A stretch of 64,000 nt of DNA from Adineta vaga (Eukaryota > Animalia > Rotifera). Below the pieces are notes generated by a model, which saw nothing but the letters and a program-made list of their open reading frames with translations, was not told the origin of the DNA and searched no databases. A program made the translations under genes and the position numbers. Position 1 is the first letter of the stretch, and every line of letters begins with the position of its first letter. Below, piece by piece: positions 11,996 to 25,010 of this stretch. The stretch lies in assembly GCA_021613535.1 (NCBI GenBank), contig CP075492.1, positions 3,968,001 through 4,032,000 on the forward strand, written 5' to 3'.

Positions 11996-14900
11996 ATGTC
12001 TAAGCGTCAATGTAAGATGACTTGATAGTAATACTTCTCAGCAAAATTCTTCTTTTCTCGATAGCTCGTGGTCCTGCATCTACAGTACCGAAATCAGCAT
12101 GGAATAATCCACCTAGTGGTGCGGCAACAACAACAACAACAGCTGCTCAACGTTCACAAAGTGAATATCCAACACCAACTGAAGGCATGACTAACTTATC
12201 GTTACAAACTGAAGCAACAGCTGGTACACGTTCTAAAACGGCTGGTCCATTGAATCGACGTATCTTACATTCAGTTGTACCTGATTCAGCTGTACTTACT
12301 CCGATTCGTCGACCTGATCAAGAAGGTAAGGCAGGTCAACCTGTTCAGATATATGTAAATCATTTTCGAGTCTCGATTGATGATGCAATCATTAATCAAT
12401 ATGATATTGAAATTTCAATGATTCGTCGTGATGGAAAATTATGTGCGGCACGTAAAAATGAACGATGGGAAACATTACAACAACTTGCTAAACGAGAAAA
12501 AAACTTTCCTATTGTCTGGTAAAAAGATTTAGTTTGATTGAAATTATCTAAAATTCATTATTACTTTTGAATTATAGGTATGATGAAGGAAAGAATTTAT
12601 ATACTCGAGAACTTCTAACTGATTTTACCAAACCACTTCGTATCAAATTAAATATAGATGATGAAGAAAAATTATTTGAATTTAAAGTCTTAAATTTAGT
12701 TCGCCAGGAGAAAATTCGCGATATTTTTGACTTTATTAATGGAAAAACTAACATACGACCACGCGATCCAATTCGAGTGATTGAAACATTATTCAAACAG
12801 ACAATTCGTAATGATCTTGTATGCATAAGAAATAAGTTTTATAGTCGTCGTCAAAAACTTGTCGATTTGAGTAAGTCTTTTTATTTAGAATAGTTATGAT
12901 GTGCTAATCAAAATGATTTATTTCTAGGTGATGGTCGTGGTATGGCTAGCGGCTTTCATCAAGCATTATGTCTGACTCGTGGTGGTCCAACATTAAATGT
13001 GAATTTAACATTCGCATGCTTTTACTTACCATTGAATTTTGTCGATTTCTCGTGTAAATATTTACGAAAAGATATTACTAAAGGAATTTCAGCAGGTGAA
13101 CTCGAAGGAATCAAACGATTGTTTAGAAACCTTCCAAGTATGTTCATAAAAATAGTTTATTTGTAAAGAGAGAAATTTAATGTTTTTTTCCGCTTTAGTT
13201 GAAACAATTCATGCTGGCCGTCCACTTCGATATCGTGTCAGAGGTTTTGGTCGTCCTCCAAATCAGTTATCATTCGATCGTCGTTCTGATAATAAAGCAC
13301 CAGGATCATCTGATGAAGATAATACAGAAGGGAAAAGAACGATTACTGTGGCTGATTATTTTGCTCAAAAATATCAACCATTGAAATATCCTAATTTACC
13401 ATGTGTTGATGCTCGAAAAGGTAGTGAACCAAATGCACATTGGTTACCTATGGAAGTTGTGAAGGTAGGAACTATTTTATGAATAATATTTTTACGTAAT
13501 ATTTTGTTTTCATAGATTGTAGAATGGGAACGTGCTTTAAAACCTCTGGATAGTGTTCAACGTGCACTTGTATCGAAAACCACAATTATCAAACCAGATA
13601 AACGCTATGATGACATAATAAAAATTGTACAACAACGAAATTTTCAATCAGATCCATATTTAAAAGCATTAAATATGAAAGTTGATACACAAGAGATGTT
13701 AAAGATCAAAGGTAAATTCGAAAACTTTAAAATAAATTCGATATCTATCTATCTATATTATTTAGCTCGTATTTTACCACCACCAGAAGTAAAATATCGT
13801 GGTAAAGGAAATAGTGAAGTAGCTGAACATGTTGCTGTTGGAAAATGGTCTATTCGTAATCGATTCTATACTAGTCCTGTCATCAATCGATGGGGAATGA
13901 TCTATTTTGGTCCCAATCCTCAAGGTTCAATCGGTCAAACTTTACAAGAATTTCAAAATCAACTTCCACCAGTAAGTTTCAATTGAATTTCGATTTTGTT
14001 AACGAATTAAAATCTACCTTTAGTTATTGACACAATCTGGTATAGTGTTTAATTCTAAACCGTCAACGATAGCTAAACCTCCTCGAAGAGAAGAGATCGA
14101 AAATGCTATGCGAAAGGCTGCTAATGAAGGTTGGCAATTAGCAATTGTTGTTCTAAATGATGTTCCAACGGAAGTTTATGAATGTGTCAAACAATTGGGC
14201 AATCAACAACTTGGTCTACCGACGCAATGTGTTAGTTTTCAAGCAGTTGAACGAAACATAAACAAACTTCGCATGTGTACGTATATCAAATCATAAATAT
14301 TCTTTTACAATATAGAGTCGTATTGTAGATGCTCAAAATCTTAGTCAAAAGATTAATGCTAAAATTGGTGGCATTAATGGTGTAGTAAATTTAAAAGCAG
14401 CACTCAGTCGTTCATCAAATGAAGATCTCTTCATGTTTTTTGGTGTAGATGTAAGACATAATGAAGTTATTTTCTGAGAATATTAAAAATAATCTCCCTT
14501 TTTAGGTCACACACACAACATCTTCCAAAGAATTACCTTCCATTGCTGCTGTTGTTGCTTCATGTGATCCAACTTGTAGTCGTTATGTGGCACGACTTTG
14601 TGAACGTATGTATTCGATTTTTATAATTTATTTTTAACAAATTTTCTTGCTATTTAGAATTCCCACCGAAAGGTCGTTATTCGATTGAAATCATCAAAGA
14701 ATTAGATAAGATGGTAATCGATCTTTTACAAGTATTTTCTCGTACATGTGGAAATCGTTTACCTAATCGAATTGTTTTCTATCGCGATGGTGTTGATGAT
14801 GGTCAATTTCAAAAAGTACTTGATAATGAAGTTGATAAAATCAAACATGCTTGTCGAGGTAAAAAGTTCATATTAACTTTATAACTATTGTTTATCTTGC

Positions 14901-15613
14901 TTTTCTTTATCTAGCTATATACGGAAATGCACCATTACCTCGATTGACATTTGTCATTGTGAAAAAAAGACATCATACACGATTCTTTAACTACGATGGT
15001 CAATATACAAATAATATTGAACCAGGCACTGTTATTGATCAAGAAATCACACATCCATCGCAGTTTGACTTTTATTTATGTTCACAAGCTGCTATGTAAG
15101 CCGTTACATTATATGTGTTACTATTAACAATCTTTACTTCACCAATGGTTTTTTTTCTTCATAGAATGGGTACATCACGTCCAGCACTTTATCATGTTCT
15201 TCATGATGAAAATGGTTTCAGTAGTGATGATATGCAACAACTAACATATTGGGTACGTACAGTTTTGAAAACGATTAATTGATTCAATAATATCATCAAT
15301 ATTTTTATTCTTAATATAGATTTGTCATACAGATGCTCGTTGTACGAAATCAGTCTCAATACCAGCACCAGTACATTATGCACATTTAGCTGCACGTGCT
15401 GCCCGAATGCTTGATTTTGATGATGCAGCTGATCGAGTCGAAGAAGGGTAAATAAAAAGAATATCAATCTTTTTCGCTACTTACTCATAAATCATTTTTC
15501 TTTCTAGTGATGGTGATGAATTAGACGATCAAGAAAACTTTTCATTGGAAGATATAAAAACCAAAGTAATGTTATTAAATGATAAAATTCAAAATAATAT
15601 GTGGTTCGTCTAA
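11996..15613 (+). CDS. Argonaute (AGO-type; N, PAZ, MID, PIWI domains), multi-exon
   Basis: MSKRQ|SRGP start; GQPVQIYVNHF; TVADYFAQKYQPLKYPNLPCV..WLPMEV (PAZ); VYECVKQ..PTQCV..KINAKIGGIN (MID); FFGVDVTH, SIEII, FYRDGVDDGQF, VIVKKRHHTRFF, GTSRPALYHVLHDE, SIPAPVHYAHLAA; ends MWFV*. Confidence 0.96.
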
Positions 15614-16354
15614 TCAATAATTTTTCTCGTGCACTTTTTTCTTGTAATTATTTGCTTTCCAAATATTGTCAATAAAATCTTTTTAACCCTATAAACACTC
15701 AACAATATATCCCCTTACATTATCTATAATTTATTCTGCATGTATTAAATGCCTCACCATTTGACAATAAATATTCCAAAATTCAGTTGCAGATTTGAAT
15801 TACTTCAAGTCAACAAAAATCATGCTGATTTTTCTTATCTACGTGCATGTTATATACAAATTTGTTTTGTTAAATAGTTATTACTTATATAGATATCAGA
15901 TAGGAAAGCTGATAATCTGCATAAGATTACGACGTACATCAATTTATCCTAACACTACTTAAGTCAAATATTTCGTGAAACTTACAAAGATTCTAAGGAA
16001 TGATTGAAGAGAAACAAATTGAAGGATAATATCTAATGTAGAATGAATGTAAAACACTCACAAAGCAAAAGAAACATAGATTATACGTTGAATGTGAACT
16101 TGATACTTCTATTTGATTAGTCATCATAAATTATTGCTTTAGTCGATCTTCTGAATGAATGGAAAGATTCACAAACAAATGTACAATACTAAATGATATA
16201 CTTATGAATATAGAACTTGAAATTGTTATTAAATTATAATCATCAGGAATGGTGTAATAAACACGACATTTCAATACAACATAACAAATTTATTTGTCGA
16301 AAGAACAAATACGGATACACATTCAAAAAAATTACTAGATTAGTAATACTCTAT

Positions 16355-17530
16355 CTATTGAACATTATCATATTCGTCTTCATGTTCTTGTTCTTGTTCT
16401 TCTTCCACACGAGTAGCAATCTTTCGTTTTGGAACATATCGAAATGCTTTGATCCAATTATTATTTGTATGTTTTAATGTTAACAATATGTTATACACTT
16501 CATGAAATGCTAATGCTTTACTTGACGATGAATGAAATCTAAAAAGAAAAAGAACTGATAACAATATTCTTCGATGTGTAAAATAAGACTTACGTAAGAT
16601 ATTTGTCTAGAGGTAATTTTTCATGACGAATATTTTGACGAACAGCTTTTTGATATGTTAATGGTTCTTTATTTTCATCATCATAAATTCCACCAACAAT
16701 ATAAACAGCATTATGATCAAAATGAGTCATTTCATTGGGTGAATCAGGTGTTAAATAAACTAAACGATCCTTATCAAATAAATCAATATATTGATCTCTT
16801 GTGGCATGAAAATAAGTTGAATGTTCATGTGGTAATGGATGACCTGCTGTTTGCGGATTATGAGATAGATCACTAATAATAATATAAGCTGGCGCATGGA
16901 AATGATGGAGATTTTTAAAACAACGAAAAACTCTTTGAACAAGTGCCGAAAAGTATGAATGACGAACATGAGCATATTCAAATCCACCATCAACAACAAA
17001 GAAATCTCCTAATCGAGCAGCTCTTGCTAATGCATAAAGATCGAGCCAACGTTCCGGATTGTATTTTGTTTCTAATAGAGCATGTATTGTTGTACGTTGA
17101 AGACATTCATGTCGATTGGGGTCTGACATCATATCAATATAGTCTTTTCTTTTTTCCATCAACCATCGATGACGTTCTTTTCGTAGTTCTTCATTGAATA
17201 AATATCTTCGAATTAAAATGACAATAAAATGAATTTTTATTGATATTCGACTTACTCATAATAATCACGTCGAACGTCGAGTGATTTTGCAAGAAAAAGT
17301 CGTTGCCAATATTTTGGAATGAGATCAGATTTTGGAACCGGTTGTGCCCAATATTGATTTAACCAAGACATTTCTTCACGAAGAAGATTTTTCTTAGTTT
17401 CGTCATCTTGAATTTGATTAAGTGATTGAGTTGCATGTCGAAGAAGTGTCCATCGAAGTACAGAAATGACAGTTGAACGTTTGGTTTTTGTATTTGCTAT
17501 TTCTTGCCATCGACGATGACGAATGAGCAT
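16355..17530 (-). CDS. TRMT10C: tRNA m1R9 SPOUT methyltransferase, probably mitochondrial RNase P protein 1; 3 exons
   Basis: LVYLTPDSPNEM, YIVGGIYD, KAVRQNIRHEKLPLDKYL and NNNWIKAFRYVPKRK are Trm10 motifs. The Arg-rich presequence-like N-terminus favours the mitochondrial paralogue. Confidence 0.82.
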
Positions 17531-19391
17531 CTTGATTATCCTATTGAATTTGTTTCGATTACTATCTTTTCTTTAAATATACCATCGAAAATCAGATCAT
17601 TTTTATTGGAAGTTTAATTGATCCAATAGAAATTTCGTCATTTAAACCGAAAGGAATAATATCATCCAAGATATCCAAGATATAATCTTTCCTTCTCATG
17701 ATGATAAATTAGATTGAAAAAATATTGTCTATTATCAGAAATTCATTGTATCGAAAGCAACGACATGTAAAATATTGTAATATCAACTAATATGTACTGT
17801 ATTGTATCTTATCATATCATGTATAGAACAAAGTCATTTCTTTTCTTATGATTCAATTGCATTTTTGACATCTATTGAGTGTTGTAAATAGAAGTATGAC
17901 TCTTGGATAAAAACAATAATAGATCTTATATAGTAAACTGTTCGAATATTTAGAAATCTTACTATGAAATAGATATAAATATACATTTTCTGAATTCTTT
18001 TTTTCAACATTATATTTAACATACTCTTTAGATAATAAAATTTAGCACGAATTTATTTACTTTTTTTCAAGTTTTCTGATGAATATTATATCCTGTTTTT
18101 GCTTTATTCTGATCGCTACGTTCCGTTTTATTAGATTTGTAAAAAGATATTCCTTGATGAAAATAATTTTGTTTTGATGAGAAAATATTTGATTTTAATC
18201 AAATAAGAATTGACTATCATTTAAAGAATCGCTACTAACTTAGCATCAGTACTACAAATTCTGTCATCTTTTTACTGATATGGTGCTTATAGTGCTATAT
18301 TGTAATGAATAACAACTTTGTACTGTTTGCACGATATATCAGATGAACACTTGTAGTATGTTGATACTCACAATGTCCGATTTTGTTGCAGAAATAAAAG
18401 GATAACAGTAAGGGTATTAGAAACTAAATCATTTCACTGATAGCTGCTTACAGGAAAACCGTTCTTTTTTATTATCGATCCAATACTCGTTAAGACACAA
18501 ATCGTTTCTACAAATTTCACCGAGCGTATTATTACACTGATCATTTCATTCCTATTACTGACGACTTAAAAGATTCCTATGAAAATCTAAATACCAACAT
18601 ATACATCTTAATAACAAATTCTGTTCTCAGAATCATCAAAATAAACCTGTATGAATTTCATTTTCTTCTTATTTCTCATTGAATTAAAATCATCATAAAA
18701 TATCCCTAAGTAATCTAATAAAACTAGATTTAATTAAAATATATCGTAAAACCACCATTTATATTGATCAATATTAAAAAGTGCTGCCATCTGTCACGTT
18801 AATATTTTCTCGTTGTTTGCATTCACCAATCGACATATTCTCTAACTTATCTTCTTTATTATGAATTATCATCTGTCTGATCTGGCTGGAGAGAAGAAGC
18901 AAGAAAGAACAAAATAAAAATCATTTCTTTTGTTAAGATTCACTTCCATTGCTTTTGTTCTTCCTTCAAAATCAATCATGTTCATACTTTACCACGTTCT
19001 CTCTCGCTCTCTAAGCACGATAGATATAACTTATACTTACGAATGATATATGAAAATAAAGTCTTTGACTATTCATACAAATTATTTGAGTTCTTTTAAC
19101 TCTTGTTGTAAGACGAAAAGATAGTAAAGTTTTCTATATTTTTTCCAGACTCGTCTTGGACATACTATTGAAATGACAAAATCTTCTCTTTTAGTTAGTT
19201 ATTTCTTCATATGTTTTCTAATGAATTCTACCTTCTTTGTTATATTTTTATCATTATTTAAGTTTAGTCACCTTTATTTAAGAATATTTCTTCATTAATC
19301 ATTTGTTTTGTTTATTTCAGATCTATTTCTCATTAAACTAAACTCAATACTCTTTCAATTGCAACATCGTTAAAGCCAAAGAAATATTAAG

Positions 19392-20030
19392 ATGGAAATA
19401 AAGTTCGGCTCAACAAAGGATAATCGGTTTCGCGTTATCTTTTGTGGTGCCGTTGTTTGGATACTTTGTGCCTTCAATCTTAAGATTCTTAAGATTGTTG
19501 ACGACTCTTATATATCAATTGTCCGTTCGTCGACCATAAATATGACATCAAATATGATACGATCCTTATGTGGCATTCCTTATGAGGAGTGTCTTTGTTC
19601 TGTACAATTAATGAAAAATGAATATTACAAAGATTGTCTCACTGATTATTTTCTTATGAACAGTCGTATGTTTATACTGTTCACAATCATAATACTGATT
19701 TGTTTTGTAAGAGATTTTTTCACTTTAAGTGGAAAGTATTCTCGTTTTGTTGTTCACGTTTTGTCGATCATTTCTGTATTTCTATTTTTCATTATTGCAT
19801 ATGTTATCTATCAGGATAGTTGTTTTCATCGTTTTATAACTATGATTTCTTCTGCTGTGGGTATGTTGGTAGGGTTATGCCTGCTCTTTGAATGGACCAA
19901 CGCGGTGCATATTCGTTTCTATCTTCGTAATAATCGTAGTAATTTTAATCAGTTAGTAGTGGAAGAAAATGGTAAGGATAATGATGAAGAGGAAGAAAAC
20001 TATCATAAATTTCCACTAGGTCTACTTTGA
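19392..20030 (+). CDS. Unknown four-TM protein with Cys-rich loop, copy 1 (212 aa, acidic tail ending GLL)
   Basis: Single coding exon with four hydrophobic segments; loop CGIPYEECLC..KDC and QDSCFH; splice-acceptor-like ttatttcag ~70 nt upstream of the ATG. Confidence 0.8.
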   Translation: MEIKFGSTKDNRFRVIFCGAVVWILCAFNLKILKIVDDSYISIVRSSTINMTSNMIRSLCGIPYEECLCSVQLMKNEYYKDCLTDYFLMNSRMFILFTIIILICFVRDFFTLSGKYSRFVVHVLSIISVFLFFIIAYVIYQDSCFHRFITMISSAVGMLVGLCLLFEWTNAVHIRFYLRNNRSNFNQLVVEENGKDNDEEEENYHKFPLGLL

Positions 20031-21639
20031 TTCGCTAAATCTTAAACTTTTTCTGATAATTTTCCTCACGTTCTCAGTTGTTTCACCTTTATACTCTCAA
20101 TTTCTTTGTAATTATCAATGCCTTGTAATTATATGTAAAGTTGTTGTTTTTTTGTATCTTTATATTAATAATAAATATGCATTTTGAATGTACCATTTTT
20201 TCTTGAATGTAATGAACAAAATGTATGATTATATTTATGTAAAGAATAAAAATGAATGAAAGAGAAAGGCAAACAAACAAGTTACATTTATGCTTTATTA
20301 GTATTTCCTATCGTCAGACCAATTCAACGTATTTTCACTATCACTATCTAATAATCATCGCATTCCACTAATAAATTTCATAGAATTTATAATAGTTTCA
20401 GCAGAAATTGGCACTGACAAAGTCAGATAATTTTAAAAAATTAGTGTTAATCGAGTGATAAAATAAAAATTGACTTTTATATATAAGTAATTTTGTGAAA
20501 AGTTAATAGAAGGAAAGATGATAGTTTTATAAATAGAATTTGAGGTTAAAAGATAAATGAACATTACATATATACTATTACACGTATTATCGATAAGCAT
20601 TCACATGAAATACAATGGAATAAGAAAATAGAAATTAGCCTTTTTACTTATACTTTTCAATTTTCAAATCATCTTCGTATAATTAATCTGAATTCTGCAA
20701 CTTCATTATACTAAACGAATTAAATAGTTAACACAGCATTAATAATGAACACTGATAGAAAGTACTGCCATCTATCGCGATAATAGTTTCTCCTCGTTTC
20801 TTTTCACCAATCGACATATTCTCCAACTTATCTTTATCTTTTACCATCTGAAGAGAACAAAATCATTCATTTCTTTTCTTATGATTCACTTCCATTCCTA
20901 TTGTTCTTCTCTCGAAATCAATCACCTTTTGACATCTGTTCATGTTTTAAAATATTTTCTCTATAAGTAGGATATATCTTATACTTATTCATATAAAATA
21001 AATTATTCGAATTTTGATAACTTTTCTTGTTAGATAGATAACTAGATTTTTTTCTATATTTTTTTTTTCAAATTTCTCTTGAACATTTTATTGAAAATGA
21101 CAAAATCCCATAATTATTTGTTTCTTTATATGCTTTCCAATGAATTCTATCTTTGTTATTCTATTCTTATCACTAATTCAGGTTGGTCATCTTTGTTCAA
21201 AAGTATATCGATTCGTTGTTCTGAAATTCATATCCAAAATTTATTCAATGAAATTTTTGGATCTAATAATTATGGCATCTCTTTTTTTCCTTTCAATATT
21301 CGTGTAAAGCATCTTACTTGGATGTGATAATTTTATAAAGGGAATTTCTTCTTTTTTTTAGATATTTAGTATTTATTCGTATGAGTATGAAAGTTCGTTT
21401 GAGAGAAACGTTCTTTGCTGGATTAAATTGTGACATAATTTAATTTTCGTTTAGTAGATATATCGTTCAACGTTTTCCTTATCTTATCACTTGAGAGTTG
21501 ATATTGCTTGTCATCAATGTACTAATGTATCTTTTTCTATATTAATCATTTCTTTTGTTTATTTCAGACTTGTTCTCATTAAACTTAATTGAATATACCT
21601 TTTCAATTACAAGATCATTGAAGCCGAAGAACTATTGGG

Positions 21640-22206
21640 ATGAAAATAAAGTTTCGCTCAACAAAGGATAACCAATTTCGCGTTATCTTTTGTAGTGCAC
21701 TTGTTTTTACACTATTTATCTCCAATTTTGACACTCTTAAGATTCTTGACGACTCTTATATATCAATTGTCCGTTCATCGACCATAAATATGACATCAAA
21801 TATGATACGATCGTTATGTGGCATTCCTTATGAGGAGTGTCTTTGTGCTGTACAATTAATGAAAAATGAACGTTACAAAGATTGTCTCACTGATTATTTT
21901 CTTATGAACAGTCGTATTTTCATACTGGTGTCATTCGTAATACAGATTTGTTTTATTCGAGATCTTTTCGCTTTAAGTGGAAAGTATTCTCGTTTTGTTG
22001 CTCATATTTTATCGATCATTTCTGTATTTCTATTTTTCATTATTGCATATGGTATTTATCAGGATAGTTGTTTTCATCGTTTTATAACTATGGTTTCTTT
22101 TGGTGTTGATATGTTGCTGATCATGTGTACGGTCTATGAATGGATCAGCGAAAAGCGTGTTCATCGTTGTTCTTGTAATTATCATATACCACTTAGGAGC
22201 CAGTAG
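21640..22206 (+). CDS. Unknown four-TM Cys-loop protein, copy 2 (188 aa, tail lost by frameshift)
   Basis: Paralogue of 19392..20030; open frame through all four TM segments. Confidence 0.75.
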   Translation: MKIKFRSTKDNQFRVIFCSALVFTLFISNFDTLKILDDSYISIVRSSTINMTSNMIRSLCGIPYEECLCAVQLMKNERYKDCLTDYFLMNSRIFILVSFVIQICFIRDLFALSGKYSRFVAHILSIISVFLFFIIAYGIYQDSCFHRFITMVSFGVDMLLIMCTVYEWISEKRVHRCSCNYHIPLRSQ

Positions 22207-23499
22207 TGTAAGAAACTGATGATAATAATGGTGAGGAGGAGAGGAGGGACGAAAATGAATGGGAGGAGGAGGATGATCGTGAATTTCTACAAGATCTACT
22301 TTGATTCGATAAAAGTTAAATTTGTGTTGATGGTCTTCTGATAAACTATTCATATTTTTCTTTGTGTTTTCTTCTGTGTCTTGTATATTTTCTCAAATGT
22401 TTTGAATGATGACGAAAAATAAATTGTAAATGGAAAAAATAGCATTTATCCTCTGATTGATGAATACTGAAGTAATGAATGTATTAAAAAACCAAGTGTT
22501 TCTTTGAATATTTTAGTTATCTAAAGAAAAATAAATTTTTACTATATAAGATTGTTTATCATGAATTTCATTATGAAAATTAAATTCCTGAATATTGATG
22601 GTGCATCACTGTAATAAGGAGAAGACTTCTTTATATGGTTTTGATGTAAAGTATCTTACCGAAAATTGAATAGTTTCTTTTGGTTTCATTAAAATTTGAA
22701 TAAATGTGAGCATCTGAAGAATTTCTTATTCTATCATCAATAGTCTAATCAATAAATTGACTAATAGATATTTCTGTTGATATTCATTGTAATGAATATT
22801 GACTTTCTTAATATTGTAAGATGTGATTTTTTTCTTCTCACGATGATAAATTAAATTCGAAAATGATTGTCTATTATCAAGCATTTTGAGAGATTCATTG
22901 TGTTGAAAGCAACGACATATAACATTGTAATATCAATTAATATTTCTGTATTGTAACTTATCATATCATATATAGAACAAAGTCATTTCTTTTTTTTATG
23001 ATTCAATTATCTTGTTATTTTCTCCAAATAAATTATGTTTTTCACATCTACTAAGTGTTGTAAATAGAATTATGAATCTTGGATAAAATCAATAACAGAT
23101 TTTGTATTGTGTGAACTGTTCGAATATTTTTAAATCTTGTTATGAGATAGATACGTATACATTTTCCTAATTGTACTTTCCTTATTACATTCAACATACT
23201 ATTGAGATAATAAAACTGTGCACCAATTTATTTACTCAGATACTGTCATCATTTTACTGGTGCTCAGTGTTAATGTAATGAATAACAACTTTCTTACTGC
23301 CTGTATGATACATAAGATGAATCCTTATAATTTTACTTATAACTATGCCTACAATATAATCGTTCTATTATCGATATCACTACTAACTAAGATGCTGATC
23401 AATTCTACAAACTTTACTGAACATCTTATTGCACTGATCATATCATTTATTTTACTAACTACTTAAAATATTCCCATAACAATCTAGATACTTACATAT

Positions 23500-23697
23500 G
23501 GGTAATTCCATGGGTACTGAACCAGAGATGAGCACAGCTCAGGATGGTTCTGTGGTCCTGGGGTCCCGTCCTGTCCTGTCCTGTGTGACAAGACAATCTT
23601 TTGATTTTTGCCCTTTCCTACCACTCACCAGGACGGACATTCCCAGGACCACAAGACAGGACACGACATGAAATATTTCCTGTGCTCATTTCTAACC
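23500..23697. mobile_element. 198-bp MITE-like insertion with 14-bp inverted repeats
   Basis: agagatgagcacag (23524-23537) pairs with ctgtgctcatttct (23680-23693); internal gtggtcctggg/cccaggaccac inverted pair; flanked by CATAT on both sides; absent from the paralogous site near 18600. Confidence 0.8.
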
Positions 23698-24443
23698 CAT
23701 ATACATCTTAACAATAATGTACAAATTCTTTTCTAAAGTTTATGAAAGTGAACCTATATGAATTGTTAAAGGTCATTATCTTCTTATTTCTTATTGAAAT
23801 AAAATCAACATTAAATGTCGAAGAGTACTACTCTAAAAACATAAAATTTCATCAAAATATATCATAAAAGCAACACTAATAATAATCGCCACTGGAAAGT
23901 ACTGCCATCTATCATAATAATACTTTCTCTTCGTTTCTTTTCACCAATCCACATATTCTCTAACTTATCTTTATCTTATTTATTAACATCTACAGAGAAC
24001 AAAATCATTCACTCTTTTGTTCTTCTCTCGAAATCTATCACATTTTCACATCTGTTCATGCTTTATAGTACCTTCTCTCTCTCTACTTATGAATAATGGA
24101 TGAAAATGATAATAAATGGTGAAATACGTCTTATATTATTTATATAAATTACTCGAATTTTGATAACTTTTCTTGTTAGATAGATAACTAGATTTTTTTC
24201 TATATTTTTTTTTCAAATTTCTCTTGAACATTTTATTGAAAATGACAAAATCCCATAATTATTTGTTTCTTTATATGCTTTCCAATGAATTCTATCTTTG
24301 TTATTCTATTCTTATCACTAATTCAGGTTGATCATCTTTGTTTAAAAATATTTCTTTTTCTTTTTTATTTCAGACTTATTCTCATTAAACTAAACTCAAT
24401 ACTCTTTCAATTGCAACATCGTTAAAGCCAAAGAAATATTAAG

Positions 24444-25010
24444 ATGGAAATAAAGTTCGGCTCAACAAAGGATAACGAATTTCGCCTTAACTTTTTTGGT
24501 TGCCTCAGTTTCACGTTGGCTTTCGGCGTATTTGTATTTCAGTACAATCTTGACAGGTCTTTTAAATCAATCGTCCGTTCGTCGACCATAAATATGACAT
24601 CAACTATGACACGATCGTCATGCGGCATTCCTTATGAGGAGTGTCTTTGTTCTGTACAATTAATGAAAAATGAATATTACAAAGATTGTCTCACTGATTA
24701 TTTTCTTATGAGCAGTCGTATTTTCATACTGTTTTCATTCGTAATACAGATTTGTTTTGTAAGAGATTGTTTTGCTTTAAGTGGAAAGTATTCTCGTTTT
24801 GTTGTTCACGTTTTGTCGATCATTTCTGTATTCCTATTTTTCATTATTGCATATGTTATCTATCAGGATAGTTGTTTTCATCGTTTTATAACTATGGTTT
24901 CTTATGGTGTTGATACGTTGCTGGTCATGGGGACGTTTTATGAATGGACCAGCGACAGGTATTTTCATCGTTGTTCTTGTAATAATCATATACAATTTAG
25001 GAGCCAGTAG
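24444..25010 (+). CDS. Unknown four-TM Cys-loop protein, copy 3 (188 aa, mosaic of copy 1 and copy 2 types)
   Basis: Paralogue with the copy-1 start (MEIKFGSTKDN) and copy-2-type C-terminus (..RSQ*). Confidence 0.75.
   Translation: MEIKFGSTKDNEFRLNFFGCLSFTLAFGVFVFQYNLDRSFKSIVRSSTINMTSTMTRSSCGIPYEECLCSVQLMKNEYYKDCLTDYFLMSSRIFILFSFVIQICFVRDCFALSGKYSRFVVHVLSIISVFLFFIIAYVIYQDSCFHRFITMVSYGVDTLLVMGTFYEWTSDRYFHRCSCNNHIQFRSQ

Noticed and set aside
16217-17197. Plus-strand ORFs 16217..16477, 16655..16876 and 16943..17197 (and 50200..50421)
   Set aside because: Antisense shadows of TRMT10C coding sequence.
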